Part shown: piece after piece, positions 21,404-34,956 of the stretch
Position numbering within the stretch: the stretch's first letter is position 1
Layout of the letters: each line of letters starts with the position of its first letter
Source: Amphiscolops sp. MND2022
Lineage: Eukaryota
Assembly (NCBI GenBank): GCA_964187785.1
Contig: OZ076409.1
Location: 57,042,001 to 57,106,000 of the forward strand
Direction of reading: 5' to 3'
Length of the DNA stretch: 64,000 bases
The notes under the pieces: model-generated
What the model saw: the letters and a program-made list of their open reading frames with translations, nothing else
The model's database searches: none
What the model was told of the DNA's origin: nothing
Position numbers and translations under genes: made by a program

Positions 21404-24400
21404 GTTATAAATAATCATTCTTCTCACCGCTGCTTTGCTCAGTCCTGAAAGAAAACTTTTGAAAAATTTGAGGGAAAATTTTGTGGAAAACTAAATCAAT
21501 TTCAATCACGGTGATAGTTCTAGAATTAATGAAGATGACTGTTTTGAAAACTCGCTTGTCATATTCGCCATCTGTTTTCATGGTTGAACAATGTTCTTAA
21601 ACAGTTCTTATTTGATAGACGCCGGCCGCAATTGAATGAAAGTGTAACGTCCGGCTAGCGGCGCACATCCAGGAAGAGGGACAATGCCTAGGGTGCTTAA
21701 ACAGGAGACCGTTGTCTTACTACACTCCTAAACACTAGTTTTTGATCCCAAAATGGTCTCCATGGGGGACTTTTCTAACGTCTAAGGAGGCTCCTCTAGT
21801 TAGAGCTCCGAGGCGACGTGCCGGCACTCTCAAAGTCCGGACACGCCCCACAAGCCTGTAAAAACGTATCCTAAGGTTTTTAGCGCGTTCCTGCCATCTC
21901 CCACATACTTCCGAGGTCCAAAAAGGTGTTTATCCGAAAAATGTCATTTCGACAGTTATGGGCATGAAATGCCGACCTAGAAGGTCAGACATGGGGAAAG
22001 TGACAAAATGCATTATAACAAATTAACAAAACAAAGGGGGATAAGCCCCGAGTGGAAATACAGTTACTGTTTGTAGATTTTCGGGGATCCAGTCACGCCG
22101 TTCTAGAATGGTTCTGCTTTCTCAGGGATGACATAGCACCGGGTAGCGTTCGTCGTATTCTGTCCCGTGTGGATCTTCATGTCATCAGTTGTTTTGCCTC
22201 TTCTCTTCATTATCTCCTGTCGTTCCTCTTATTCACGTGTTCTCTTCTTTCATTTTATGGGCTTCAAGGACCTGCCAGGTCGGCCATTTTGATTCGCACA
22301 TTTTTTGGTTCTTGATCGAATTTTTCATCGAAAATTTGGTGTTGACTGGTGGACGTTACAAAGCGTCAGTTAAAACTTCAACACTTCAAAAATTGCACAA
22401 GTGTGAAACTGTCGAGGTGTGAATTTCACTGAAGTGAATTTTTTGGGAGAAAATTGATTTTTGCCTAGTCAAAAACAGTTATTGAGCTCCGAAGCGAATC
22501 CGAGAAGAGATTAGCTTTCATTTTTCTCTGGGCGCTCTCTCTCTCTCTCGTGACACATTCTATGAAGTTGATCTATGACGCCTGTTGGATAAAATCTAAA
22601 AAATGATTTTTTCTAATAAAAAGTCGAAGAACATACTCGAAAATGTGCCTCCGCATCCACAAGTGCAGTTTGCGATAAAAGAGGTTAGTCGGCCACGTGG
22701 CAAGAAACGGCTTGTTTCAAATTATCTCGAATCTTTTTTGAAATGTTATGTATTGATTGATTAACTCCCTGAATTGAGCTCTCACTGGTGATAGGTAAAT
22801 TGTGACTTTAATAATCTCCGATGGTTGACAAACAATTACCGATTCTGTGCGTATTGATTGTGGCTGATGGTTGTCGGAAGGTACTGTTAAGCTTCGAAAA
22901 AAAAGAGCAGCTGAAAAGGTTTCGATCCTGCATATCCTGCATCGGTGATAACACAAGTAGTGAGAACTGAAGAAATATTCTAGAGCATTCAAATGCCCCA
23001 AACGAAGAACTGCTAGTAGTTACCAAACTTTTGAATGTATCACTTATTAGTTTCACTAGACAGATTCGCCAAATGACTTTACTGAAAACTTTATGAAACC
23101 CAAACCTTTTATGAAAAGCACTGGGCATAGACGTGACAACACAAATGATCACTTTAGTAGAAGTAACAAAAGCAAATAGCTCAGACAAAGGAACGACTGT
23201 TTTTAGCCAGCTGTTTAATGACTTTAGTGAACAAAACCCAAAAAGGAAGAATTTGGTTCACGAACTAACCGCAACTATTCGAACACTAAAAACATACATA
23301 CATGTTCGGAAAAAGGAGTGAAGAGATGCTAATCAGGAGAGTTAAACTGACCATTCGATCTATGCGGATGTCGGTATACATTTAAGAATCAGTGAATTTC
23401 CATTTGAATAACATTTCGGCCGAGAATCGAAAAACAGCAAATTTTAGCACCAAAAAGCGACCGACTGGTTTAAAAGTAATGTCGGTTCAGCCAATCACGA
23501 AACTCTATATGCATTTGCAATCAGGAAAACTAACTGATTGTGCTGCGCGGTATTCTCGAAAAATATAATTGCTGCTCGTACAAAGAGAAACAAAAATCCA
23601 GAAACTGTCCATTCAACGAAGAGAAAAACGAAGCAGTTATGATGTTTTTGGTTTAAAAACAACTAGTATAAAAACAACTCTCGTAAATCTTTTCGTATTT
23701 GTTGTGTTCTCTTGATACAAAACGAATTAAAAATATGGAACTGCCTTCATGCGATCTTTCTACTTTATGGGACTGTTTTCAGGCCACTGAGTAGAGTTAC
23801 ATTATCATCATGATAAGACTAGCTGGTACTTCAGACTATTTATGGTAACATCAACAACGATAACATAATAATGTCTAGAGTTTGTCCTCTAGCTATGTTT
23901 CACTCCCCCCATGACTGGACGAGAGGTGACCAATGGGGGAATATGAGCTTTATGACGGTTTTCCGTTCATGATTTGTTGTTGATAGTCGCGGTGGCCCGC
24001 GTCAGGTCCTTGTTTGCCGTCCAGTTATTGTTTGTTTTCTCCTGGACGGTCACTTCGTTTTTTCCGCTGGTTATATTTTCAGGCTGTCTTCTTTGTCCGA
24101 TTTTTCCCCCGAGCGTCCAGTCTTTTGACGGTGTTTCCTTTATTCGGTTGGTACTGAATATTCAGTATAATAATCGCATTCGTTTTTCTCAAACGTTTTG
24201 ATTAACGGAGATTATGTTTCGGTGCTATTTTGTTTCGGTGCTTGTGTTTATCTTACTAATTAGATATACTTCGGGTGTTTCTGCTTCTCAGGTGTTTTGT
24301 ACAAGGTCTCTATACCTCGGTATAGGATTTCAGTATAATTTTTAAGTACTTTACCACTGCTATCCCTGATGTGTAGCTTTGTGTTTGCCCTTCTGGCGTC

Positions 24401-26202
24401 CCCAATGACACAGTCATTTTCCGCGTCTGCCATGTTCTCCATTCCAACTGTTAACGGGCCTGTGCTGCTTTGTGGATGATCCAGTTGCATGGATGAACCC
24501 CTATATGAGCCGGAAATCTGACGGTTCCGGAATTTCGGCCGTCCTCTCGAATACTGCTTTCTTTCGTGTGTGTGTTGGTGGTTTGATTTTTTGTCTGCTC
24601 CACCGGTGTCTATCGTAGTTTCTGCAAGTGGTGTTGCTGTTGTTTGCAGAGTCGCTGTGTGATCTCGGGTAGTTGATCCGTTCTGGAGACCTTATGAACC
24701 ATCCATCCGGTCTGCACTATCTAATTCCCCTGCTGCTGGGCTCCTGTGCAAGTTCCAAATGTGTGAAGTTCTGTGTTCCCATGTAAAATATTTTTGACAG
24801 AAATAGTTATCGTAGGTTTTGTAAACAATACAGTTTGTTGTCATTTATCAGAATATGCACTGTCGATTTTTGGTTTCGATAGTTTTTTCTTCAGGAACCG
24901 AAACGGATAATTACTAACCCCTTTTGAACTTTTCTTCTGTTTCATTGGTAGCTGATCAGCTCCGTTGAGTGAGCATTCATGTACGGTATCTGGTTTTGCT
25001 GAAACACAACTCTTTGCTATGTTTTTCAACATTGCAAGGTTGAGCATGTTGTTAATTTCCGTTTTTGTTTCGCGACCGTACTGTAGATCCAAGGCGGATT
25101 CGTTAACTTTGTATGTGGTGTTTACTTCATTACGTTGAGTGCTAAGTCTAGCGCCTAACTGAATTTTTCTCCCGCGTTTATGTTCGTCAAATATGCTTCC
25201 TTCAGAGTTCTTACTCCACGTTCAACGAGTCCTGTTGTGGTATGGATATATGATGTTCCGTATTTGAGTTTTATATGGTGATTTTTGCAAAATTTTTGGA
25301 AGTTCGGCCCGTAAACGCGGTAGCTTTATCGGTCCTAAATGTTTTCGGGTTGCTGTTTAAATTTAAGTATGCTTCTTCGAGAGTAGGATAGAAAAATTTT
25401 TGGTATTTTTGGTAATTGGACCGTTTAAATCCAATTGGAGTTCTTTGTTCGGATCGATGAAAACCAGTAGCTGGTTTGATCCGTACTATGAAAGTTAGGT
25501 TGAGAATATATAATGGACAGTTTGCACGGTATACATCCGTTGCATTTTTTCTCAGTGGCCTCTGTAATCTCTGGCCGCAACAAGTCCTTGGCCGCCTTTG
25601 ACATCTTTTCGTTTGGCGTAGGGCCCTTGTGGAGGAGGCTGATGACTGTAGCGTGCAGGTTTTCAGGTACTACAATGCGGTCCGCGTAAAAAAAACTAGT
25701 CCGTATCTCGTGGACAATATTTTTCTATATAATATGTATTCGTCTGTTGATGCTCGAGTCAAACATGATGTCTTGTGTTTTGAAGAGGCTGGGATTAATG
25801 GTTGTCTCAGTCATTAGTAGCTGAAGGTCGGTGGAGGAGTTATTTTCTTTTTCTATCACCGCGTTGCCTGTTGCGGAGGTCCCAGTCAGTCGCTTCCTCT
25901 GCATTAACGCTGAGTGTTTGGCCCATCTGTATGTATTGGACGCTGTCATTGGCCACATATTTCGACCAGGTGACAGCTGGAAATTCGAGGACAGCTGGGT
26001 CTTGGTCAGTGTTCTTCCCATCCTCCATCGGTATATACTCCTTTTATATGATTCCGTGTTGCGTAATGAGGGTCCGAGTTGGTGTTCAGGTAAAATTTTC
26101 TGCTGTTGTGGGCGGTCAGGTTCAAAGAACAGGTCTATTGTCTAATGTTCAATTCTTCTGGTTTTTGGTTGGAAGCCTTCGTGTAGGTTTCGTTACCCAT
26201 TT

Positions 26203-29200
26203 CCGATATTTTCAATGGCTTGATGGAACTGCTTCTCAAATATTCTTCTTTCAATTCGAAGAAATTTGTTTGTTGTCTTTCTTCTACGGGCCACCAGTCT
26301 CGTGGAAAACACCAGGCTCCTCAATGTTTCTCCATCTGCCAATTAGGTGTCTAGTTTCGGCGGAGGGATCATCACTTTCTAAGTCAATAAAGTCAGAAAG
26401 TGAAATTGTATGTCGCTGCTGTAAAGTATGTGCAACTTGGCATTTTGTTAAGGCAATCAATAGCCACTTTTTCCACGCGTTTTGGATTGTTTTGGTTCGT
26501 TGTTAGTTTTGTGCTGCGTTGCGTTCGTTATGTTTTTGTGGACGTTTTTGCAAGTAGTTCTTCCATTTAAGGCAGTTGTGTCTTTTTTACCGGTATAATT
26601 CCTCGTTTCCGTGAATTGAAGTCAATTTTCATCCGTTTAGCCTTTCTTATGGTAGTCACCGCGGAGCTCACAAAAAAACTCACTTCAATATCTTCTGGTT
26701 TTTCCGACGTGTCCTTGATTTTTCAGTTTATCGATTTCTTTTTTAACTGCAGGTTGTCTTGCAGCTGGATGTCTACTTCTACGTTCTACAATGTGTGATT
26801 TTCCGTGAATAGTTTATGAAACATACGTTTTAGTGTTGTTATTTCCCGATCCAGTGTTTTCTCCACTTTGTTTTTGTGATTGATTTTTGGGCCAATTTTT
26901 TTCGTTACATAGGTTGATGCCAAGTGTTCCCATCCGGTCTAACCCGAGTAAGGTGTGTGTTTTCTGGTTGTTATCAGTAGCTCCAGTTGTTTCTTTGTTG
27001 TACCGTCCACTTCTATGTTGGCTGTTGTTTCACTCTCGAACTTTATTCTCTTGTCGTTTACGTCTCGTTAGTCTACAGTAACTGGTTTTACTGCTCTTGT
27101 GTTGTTAAATTTTGTCTTCGGGAAGAGAGCTACCGGCGAGCCTGTAACTACTATGAATTTTTTGGTCAGGTATTGACCAATGGCGTTAGGGTTTAGAACG
27201 GTGGTCCACTCCTATTGTTCGTTCCTATTGTTCGTTCCTATTGTTCGTTCCTATTGTTCGTTCCTATTGTTCGTTCCGATATTTTCAATGGCTTGATGGA
27301 ACTGCTTCTCAAATATTCTTCTTTCAATTCGAAGAAATTTGTTTGTTGTCTTTCTTCTACGGGCCACCAGTCTCGTGGAAAACACCAGGCTCCTCAATGT
27401 TTCTCCATCTGCCAATTAGGTGTCTAGTTTCGGCGGAGGGATCATCACTTTCTAAGTCAATAAAGTCAGAAAGTGAAATTGTCTGTCGCTGCTGTAAAGT
27501 ATGTGCAACTTGGCGTTTTGTTAAGGCAATCAATAGCCACTTTTTCCACGCGTTTTGGATTGTTTTGGTTCGTTGTTAGTTTTGTGCTGCGTTGCGTTCG
27601 TCATGTTTCCCTGTGATTTGTTGGAATGGTTGCTTATGCACACATACTTAGTTACGAATTTGTAGTAAGGCATGATGTTGTTCAGTACAGGTTCTCCGTC
27701 GTGTGCGTCATCTGCTTGTGGTGGTGTCGACTGGTTTCTGCTGAGATAACTCGTTAATGCAAAACGTTTGCCAGCTATATTTGTACGTTTTTTTGGCCTA
27801 CGGTAATTGAACAGCGTGTCAATCGATGTAGCCATCTTGTTAGCCGTGCGCTACATGTTTCTTTGAATCGGTTGCCTTCAAGCAGTGGTTCTAACGCTTG
27901 ATGGTAAGTGGGAGGTTTAGTCGAATATCAAAGATGTGTCGGCGCAAATGTTCAAGTTGCCAAATTAACGTCAAATCTCTAATTCATTATTTTGCGTCTT
28001 TTTTCCGTGTCGGAACAGAAGGGCCTGGCAGTTCACCTTGGTTTCAGTGTACCGTCTGGTTGTCTTTGTCAAAGCCCAGTAAGTTCGTACTTGCATCTGT
28101 TGTTAAGTTATTAGGGTAGTTCGAATTACAATATGCCAGATACGGTATATACGTAATTTGTTGTTTTAAGTTTTCTTGTGCTATTCATTCATGATTGCAT
28201 TAGATCATCTGTCTGGGCTGAGAGGTTTTCAATGTAATTTAACAGATTCTGAATTGCCTCCAGGAAAGATTTTGAGTTTTAGTTCTTTTGTGGCAAGTAA
28301 GTTGTCTTGCAACAATCTAAATCCATTCTAATCAGTTTTGTGGCCAATTCTTTTCTGTTTTCCATAGTTTGGATTCGCTCAGTCTATATCCGGCGTTCTC
28401 CATTTTGTTAACACATCTTTTATTTTGTCGATATGATTCTGTTTAGGGACTTTCGTTACTACTATGATGTCATCTAATCAAGCTGTGTGCTTATTTTCTA
28501 GCGTTTGGTCGTCTTTTCTTCAAATAATGTCGGTATATTAGCCAATCCACAGAAGTTTTTAAAAACTGGTAGTAACCGGTGAAATTTCATCCGGTGGTCG
28601 CAAAAATGGAAACATCCATTTCTCTTTTCGAGAGTTGAAATTGGTCGTACGCGTTGTCTAGGTCAAATTTTGATACCTTGAGTTCGTGTGCCCGCACCTT
28701 CGTTGTTTTTGTGGACGTTTTTGCAAGTAGTTCTTCCATTTAAGGCAGTTGTGTCTTTTTTTACCGGTATAATTCCTCGTTTCCGTGTATTGAAGTCAAT
28801 TTTCATCCGTTTAGCCTTTCTTATGGTAGTCACCGCGGAGCTCACAAAAAAACTCACTTCAATATCTTCTGGTTTTTCCGACGTGTCCTTGATTTTTCAG
28901 TTTATCGATTTCTTTTTTAACTGCAGGTTGTCTTGCAGCTGGATGTCTACTTCTACGTTCTACAATGTGTGATTTTCCGTGAATAGTTTATGAAACATAC
29001 GTTTTAGTGTTGTTATTTCCCGATCCAGTGTTTTCTCCACTTTGTTTTTGTGATTGATTTTTGGGCCAATTTTTTTCGTTACATAGGTTGATGCCAAGTG
29101 TTCCCATCCGGTCTAACCCGAGTAAGGTGTGTGTTTTCTGGTTGTTATCAGTAGCTCCAGTTGTTTCTTTGTTGTACCGTCCACTTCTATGTTGGCTGTT

Positions 29201-29456
29201 GTTTCACTCTCGAACTTTATTCTCTTGTCGTTTACGTCTCGTTAGTCTACAGTAACTGGTTTTACTGCTCTTGTGTTGTTAAATTTTGTCTTCGGGAAGA
29301 GAGCTACCGGCGAGCCTGTAACTACTATGAATTTTTTGGTCAGGTATTGACCAATGGCGTTAGGGTTTAGAACGGTGGTCCACTCCTATTGTTCGTTCCT
29401 ATTGTTCGTTCCTATTGTTCGTTCCTATTGTTCGTTCCTATTGTTCGTTCCCATTG
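26203..29456. repeat. Near-identical internal duplication A-B-A-C-B with (CCTATTGTTCGTT)x5 arrays
   Basis: ~26203-26528 matches ~27277-27601, and ~26531-27276 matches ~28704-29450. 13-bp arrays at 27211-27277 and 29385-29456; duplicated ORF translations in the track. Confidence 0.9.
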
Positions 29457-29919
29457 ATTAGACCTTATGGTTATTGAGTGTAGTCTGGCCGTTGTACAGT
29501 CGTCTTCATCTACACTGTATGTTTCTCCATCCGTCAAATGGTTTATTTCGCGGATTTCTTTCGTTATGACGGACAATCATACTGCTTGGACCAATTGGGT
29601 GCTCCGCATCTGTTGCAGTCCAGTCTTTGGGTTTTTCTCAGTTTGATCTTTGGTGTTTTTATTTTCCTCTTCTCCACATGTCGGATTCTCTTTTTCCTCG
29701 GTTTCTTGTCAGTCATTTAATTTTTCATACATTCATGAATAACTTCCTTTATTGCTGTGACTGACATATCACCTAGTCGGATTTTCTTCTTCAACTTATG
29801 ATTCGCTGTTGATTTTCATTCGATCTGTCTTTAGCTACTGAGTAGAGTTTACATCATCATCATAAAAAGACAGTAGCAGGTACTTCAGACTAATTGTGGT
29901 AACATCAATAAAAATACAT

Positions 29920-30146
29920 AACAAGACGCCTGCTAAGCACCGGGTGATTTTCCGCCTTCTCTGCCTTCGGTTAGTTGACTATTCACTCCATTGATTCTTT
30001 TAGTTACTTTACTATTTTATTTGTTCTTAACTAAGTGATGTGGATGGAGATCGTGAAGATTTGGGCAGAATTTGGAAAAAAACGCAACACAAAATATGAT
30101 TTTCCTCCCCCATTATATGTGGGCGGAAAATAGTGTTTATGGTTTG
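29920..30146 (-). mobile_element. Short DINE-1/Helentron-like insertion splitting the LTR
   Basis: Absent from the partner LTR; begins AACAAG; subterminal IR TTTTCCGCC/GGCGGAAAA. Confidence 0.5.
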
Positions 30147-32554
30147 AATGTCTAGAGTTTGTTCTCTAGCTATGCTTTACTATTTAACTACAATAATGAC
30201 GTTTTGGAAAATGCCGTAAACAAAAGCCAAAAAGCTGTTTCTCTCGAAATTTCGGTGTTATTTCCAACTTCAACCAGGTCGTCTCAGTATCAAGGCGGGG
30301 TTCAATTTCTGAGTATTTTTTATATTTTCCGATTAAGGTCTAGCCAAGATGAAGGCAGTGAAATTACTTTTTTTGAATGGTCTTTTTGGAATCCAATATG
30401 CAATAAATAGTCTTGGGTAGGAGCTATTTCAGTTGAAATTGTTTCGTTATTTTATTTTCGAAAATTCAAGCTTGCAAGTTTTTGATTAGCTCTCACTATT
30501 TCGCTGCTTTCACGTGACCGTCCGTCGTCACCCACTTGACCACCTTCATTTTCATAGATTATAAGCCGCCGACAGTCAACTTAGTTTTCGCAAAGAAAAA
30601 GCTGTGTTGTTTCTGGGTGAGAAAAAGACATACTACCAAAAGCAATGAAAGCCCAAAGGTTTCAGGATTTTCGAAAAAGTCTGGCATCATATTGAAAAAG
30701 CCACTCTCTGAGAGGCTAAATATATCTGAAACTAATCATTTGGTTATAAATAATTTCAACATCTACGAATAAAAACGATAGAAAATGAAAAGCTTTCTTG
30801 CCACATTCTACGTTTGCCAAACTAAAGCCAGCGACATCAAAACTCAAAAAAGCCGGCGAGAATGTTGGAACAAAAACAAAAAATATATATTCACCAACTG
30901 TCGCATCTTCTTTTAAATACAAAGGTTTATTTGACGTCTAGTATTTTCAAAGGTGTCATCTTTTCAAATCCGTCACTCTTTTTTGACAAATGCAACAAGC
31001 CAGAGTTTCTTTTCTGTCAAGCCAAACCCCTCAACCCACCACCACCATCACCATGGCCATTTTTTTAAAAAAATAGTTAATTATTAAAATGAAACGATCA
31101 AAAAGTAAATTAGAAACCTCCAATTTTATATTTTGTCAGTTTAGGATCCAGATACCAAACTTGTTCACACAATTTTCCCCTATAATGTCACTCATTCTTG
31201 ATTGGAAATCAACAACTTCCTTTATTGAGTCACAGAAAAAACAATTAGTTCGAACATCATTACAGTCCAAATGTGTGAAATATGTTTTGTTCAAGTGAAA
31301 CCACCTTGGGAGCTACAAAGAGCACAAGCCAGTAGTCACCCAATTTGTATAAAAGCTTAAAACTACTGTCGCAGGCTGCCGCCTGTGATGGCCCAGAATC
31401 ACCACTACCTCTACAGGTCAGGAATCGGTACCGGGCACGTTGCCCATATTTTAAAACTAAAACTCTCAAAACTACTGCCCTAATATTCTTGCAAATAATG
31501 TAGTACCATTGAACATTTTGCTGATTTTTTTATCATTTTGATTAGTCTGTTAAAGCCCACAATCGAAATTTCCAAGTTAGTTGTTTTGTAATAATATCGA
31601 TGCAGTTAAAATGGTAGTACAAGATGAATTGGAATACAAGCAAATGCACGCAGTATAGGAAACGAGTTCAAGTGAACGCAACTCTAATTCCGGAGACGTC
31701 ACTTGATCTCAGCATTTCAACCAATCACGTTGCTTCATTTTGCTGTACTAGTACGACTTCAATGTAGTGGCGGCCGAGTAAGGCCAATTGACTCAATGCA
31801 ATTCTTTTAATCTACGCTTTGGTCAAATGGTCGACTCCAGTCATTTCAAATAAATACGATGTTGCTGTTCTAATTGTAGCAAAAATTAACCAGTGTTACT
31901 AAAGCTATGCTTTTAGTACTAAGTAATCACATTTGTGCTGTTCTGATGACTAAATAAGACTGATGTTTCATTAATGGACGAATAAGGCATTTTACCCTTT
32001 TCCTTCCAGTGCTCATCTAATCATTTGGATCTGGCCAATTCCGGCCTTATTAAGAGAATGTTGTGTTTTGCGCTATTATAGTAAATAGTATTCTATTGAA
32101 GCGTCCATAGGACTTTACATGTATTTTCATTCTTCAGCAAACTCAACTCCACTCGCGTGGCGGCACCTGCCAACACCGTCCTATGAAAATGAATGCATTG
32201 AATTCCATTGTTGAATACTAACATTTGTTGACACCCTAATGATGATTATTTGTTAAATAGGTTGTTTAAAGTTGCGGTATGAGTTAAATACCTTTCAAAA
32301 TGTTGTCTGTTAAATTCAAAGGATATGTAAAATATTGGGAAAATGTCATGTGTATTACATACCTCATGATATTTATCTTGACTAGAAATATGTAGAAAAT
32401 GTGAGTGTCATTCACTCAAGGTTATAAATACCGGTGCTTTGCCTGAGTGGGACACAATTCAGATTTGATATGACTAGTAAAGATTGTTCCTACAAACGGT
32501 TTCACTGTTATTTTCCGAGTTGAGTAATTCATTGTTTAATTCGGACTTTTCTTA

Positions 32555-33199
32555 ATGCTCACTACTAGAAAACAGAAGAAAGCTAGGAAATCTCGAGGAA
32601 TTGAGATGCTCTCAGATATAGAAAACTTAGACATCATGCTTGTAGAAAATCACTTCGGCAGAAATGAAAGAGATGAAAGCCTCAATAGTAATTGTGCCAG
32701 AAGGCAAGAAAGCACTATAGAAGATGAGTTTGATAATAATAACGAAAATAGACAGTTAGACTCAAGGGGAATCAATCCCGAAACAAATGCCAACTACGGT
32801 CAAAACTCATCAGAAGGTAATTCCAGTGCAGAGATCAATAGACTGTCAAGTGAACTAAATTCAAGGTTGTCGAGGGAATTAGACGAAATGATGAGTAGTG
32901 TTAACACCCAGAACCAAAAGGCAATTAGTGACGCAATTGGTAATCAAATATTACCACAAATCCAAACTGCCCTAAATGCCGGATCGGGCCAAATGACACA
33001 GAACAGGTGGAACGTTCCGTCCGAGAGACCGGAAGTATATCCCGAAGAAACTTACGGCGAGAAAGTTAAGAGAACTAACAGGAATGACCAGCGCTTTGTT
33101 TACCAAAATAGTAGTCAACCTAATTTACGCTCTTACGACAACTACGTTAGCAAAAAATGGAGTGAGTTAACTAATTCTAAGTTATCCCAAGTAGAATGA
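32555..33199 (+). CDS. 214-aa ORF, possibly a truncated retroelement gag/ORF1 N-terminus
   Basis: Longest ATG-initiated ORF in the region; basic N-terminus, Asn/acidic linker, helical segment; no catalytic motif. Confidence 0.35.
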   Translation: MLTTRKQKKARKSRGIEMLSDIENLDIMLVENHFGRNERDESLNSNCARRQESTIEDEFDNNNENRQLDSRGINPETNANYGQNSSEGNSSAEINRLSSELNSRLSRELDEMMSSVNTQNQKAISDAIGNQILPQIQTALNAGSGQMTQNRWNVPSERPEVYPEETYGEKVKRTNRNDQRFVYQNSSQPNLRSYDNYVSKKWSELTNSKLSQVE

Positions 33200-34295
33200 C
33201 CGAAAAATATGACGTCACGTGAATGCGGCGTCGACATTTGTTTGCGAGTCGACACAAATTCGAGGCTTTCCATGATATATTACCCGATTTATAATTTCAA
33301 TACTTGGATTCAAAATCGCATCCAACTCCAATTCATTATTGTTCGGACAGTTAAGGTTAACAAGAGACGCAATAATACTCAGATATTTTTTTTCGTATCC
33401 TCGAACAAAAAATTTTCAGAAGAACATGGAAAACTTCCCGGAAAGTTTACAAAAAGCATCAGAACGTAATACTCAGAAAAATGGTTTTACGTGGTTAAAG
33501 AGTCTTTCATGGATACATTCCCGGGTCGATCCTCCATGGATATCTTAGTAAGATCTTGGCAAGATCTTGCCAAGATCTTGGAAAAATCTTAGCTAAGATC
33601 TTGCAACGATATTGCCAATAATTGCAAGATGTCATGGTAAGATCTTATCAAGAGAAGATGAAAAATTTTTTGTAAAATCCTATTTGGGCAGAGAAGATTT
33701 CAAAGGAACTCAACAAAAATATACATCTAAGTATCCAGATTTACATTTTTATACCTTACAATTTTCTGTCAGCAAGGTATAAAATTTGATTGAAGAGTGA
33801 TTATGCTGTATATTTAGGGAGGCACTGATTTAATTGTTCTATCAATAGTACTGAAATTGGAATTTTTAGAGCCCGAACAACCAAGAATAATAGGCAAAAA
33901 CTAATATTTTTGCCAAAATATCATCCGAACATGTTTTCTACGTCAAGTCTCGAAAAGCGATCAACATAAGGAACGTTCCTCTGCTTGCCTGAAGTTATAC
34001 ATGTTTTCCGGCAAAATTTAGATAACAAGTTTTCTAATAGGCTTTTAGTGAAAACGTTTTATCCAAAACAAACCACGGAGAAACACCTTATTTGCTCCGC
34101 GATTTTGCAAACTGTTAATATGGTTTGTGCAAAACTCTTTTCTTGTTGCATTCAACACATTTTTCAGATCATGTATCTTATTCCCATATCCCGCCCAAGG
34201 AAAACACTGTATTATTTGTAACATTGTATTATTTTGTTTCATGCTATCCAGTTAAATAAACTTCTTCTTCTTCTTCTTCATTCTTGAAAAAATTC

Positions 34296-34509
34296 TTGCA
34301 CGAATAAAAGCATTTAATATAGTTTCAAATAGTTAGAGGTTTGTCTATACAGCTCTTTTGACACTTCAGCAAAAACTATATGATACTTCATATACAAAAA
34401 CTTCATATGATACAAAAAGATTAGGGTTATTTTTGCTGAAGTGTCAAAAAAGCTGCGTAGACAAACCTCTAACTATTTGAAACTATATTAAATGCTTTTA
34501 TTCGTGCAA
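34296..34509. repeat. Inverted repeat with 80-bp arms and a 54-bp spacer
   Basis: 34296-34375 is the near-perfect reverse complement of 34430-34509. Confidence 0.9.
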
Positions 34510-34594
34510 TATTGTCCAAAATAACAAAAATTCACGCCTGAAACAATCCCAAATCATAAAGAATGTCAATCATGTCAATGCAATTTTTGGCCTG

Positions 34595-34956
34595 GCGACA
34601 ACTCATATCAGGTGACAACTCATATCACTTTGAAAAAGCGACAACTCATATCAGTTAATTCAACATCAAGTGCAATTTATAATTTGCTGCAATTAGAAAT
34701 CCCAAATTTAGTTGGAATTATTTCGCATTTAATGGTGTATAAGGTGTGATATGGTCTATAAACTGTGATGAGGAAGTGATTATCCGTTACACTGATTTTT
34801 GCTGTTAATAGTTTATTATTCTAATATTTACTTATCAATTAACTAATTTCCCCTAAAGATCTAATGAACTATTTGGAATGTATTTTAGTGTGCAGATTTT
34901 AATTTTCTGATATGAGTTTTGGTTGACATGAGTTATCGCTTGATATGAATTGTTGC
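34595..34956. mobile_element. MITE-like element with triplicated terminal motifs
   Basis: Three GACAACTCATATCA at left, three degenerate TGATATGAGTT at right. Confidence 0.55.

Larger units (their letters stand above)
23788..30179 (-). mobile_element. Heavily decayed, rearranged Ty3/Gypsy LTR retrotransposon
   Basis: Diverged direct repeats 23788-23902 and 29839-30179 (the latter interrupted). Polypurine tract on minus at 23903-23910. Gag knuckle remnant near 29580-29620 is similar to 960-1020. No matching TSD found. Confidence 0.7.

Noticed and set aside
21643..22360. Solo LTR bounded by TGTAACGTCC..GGACGTTACA
   Set aside because: The 10-bp inverted ends are real, but the flanks (AAAG / AAGC) give no TSD and there is no second copy in the window.
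25802..26506. 234-aa plus-strand ORF
   Set aside because: Antisense to the decayed Gypsy, crosses a rearrangement junction, and has no motifs.
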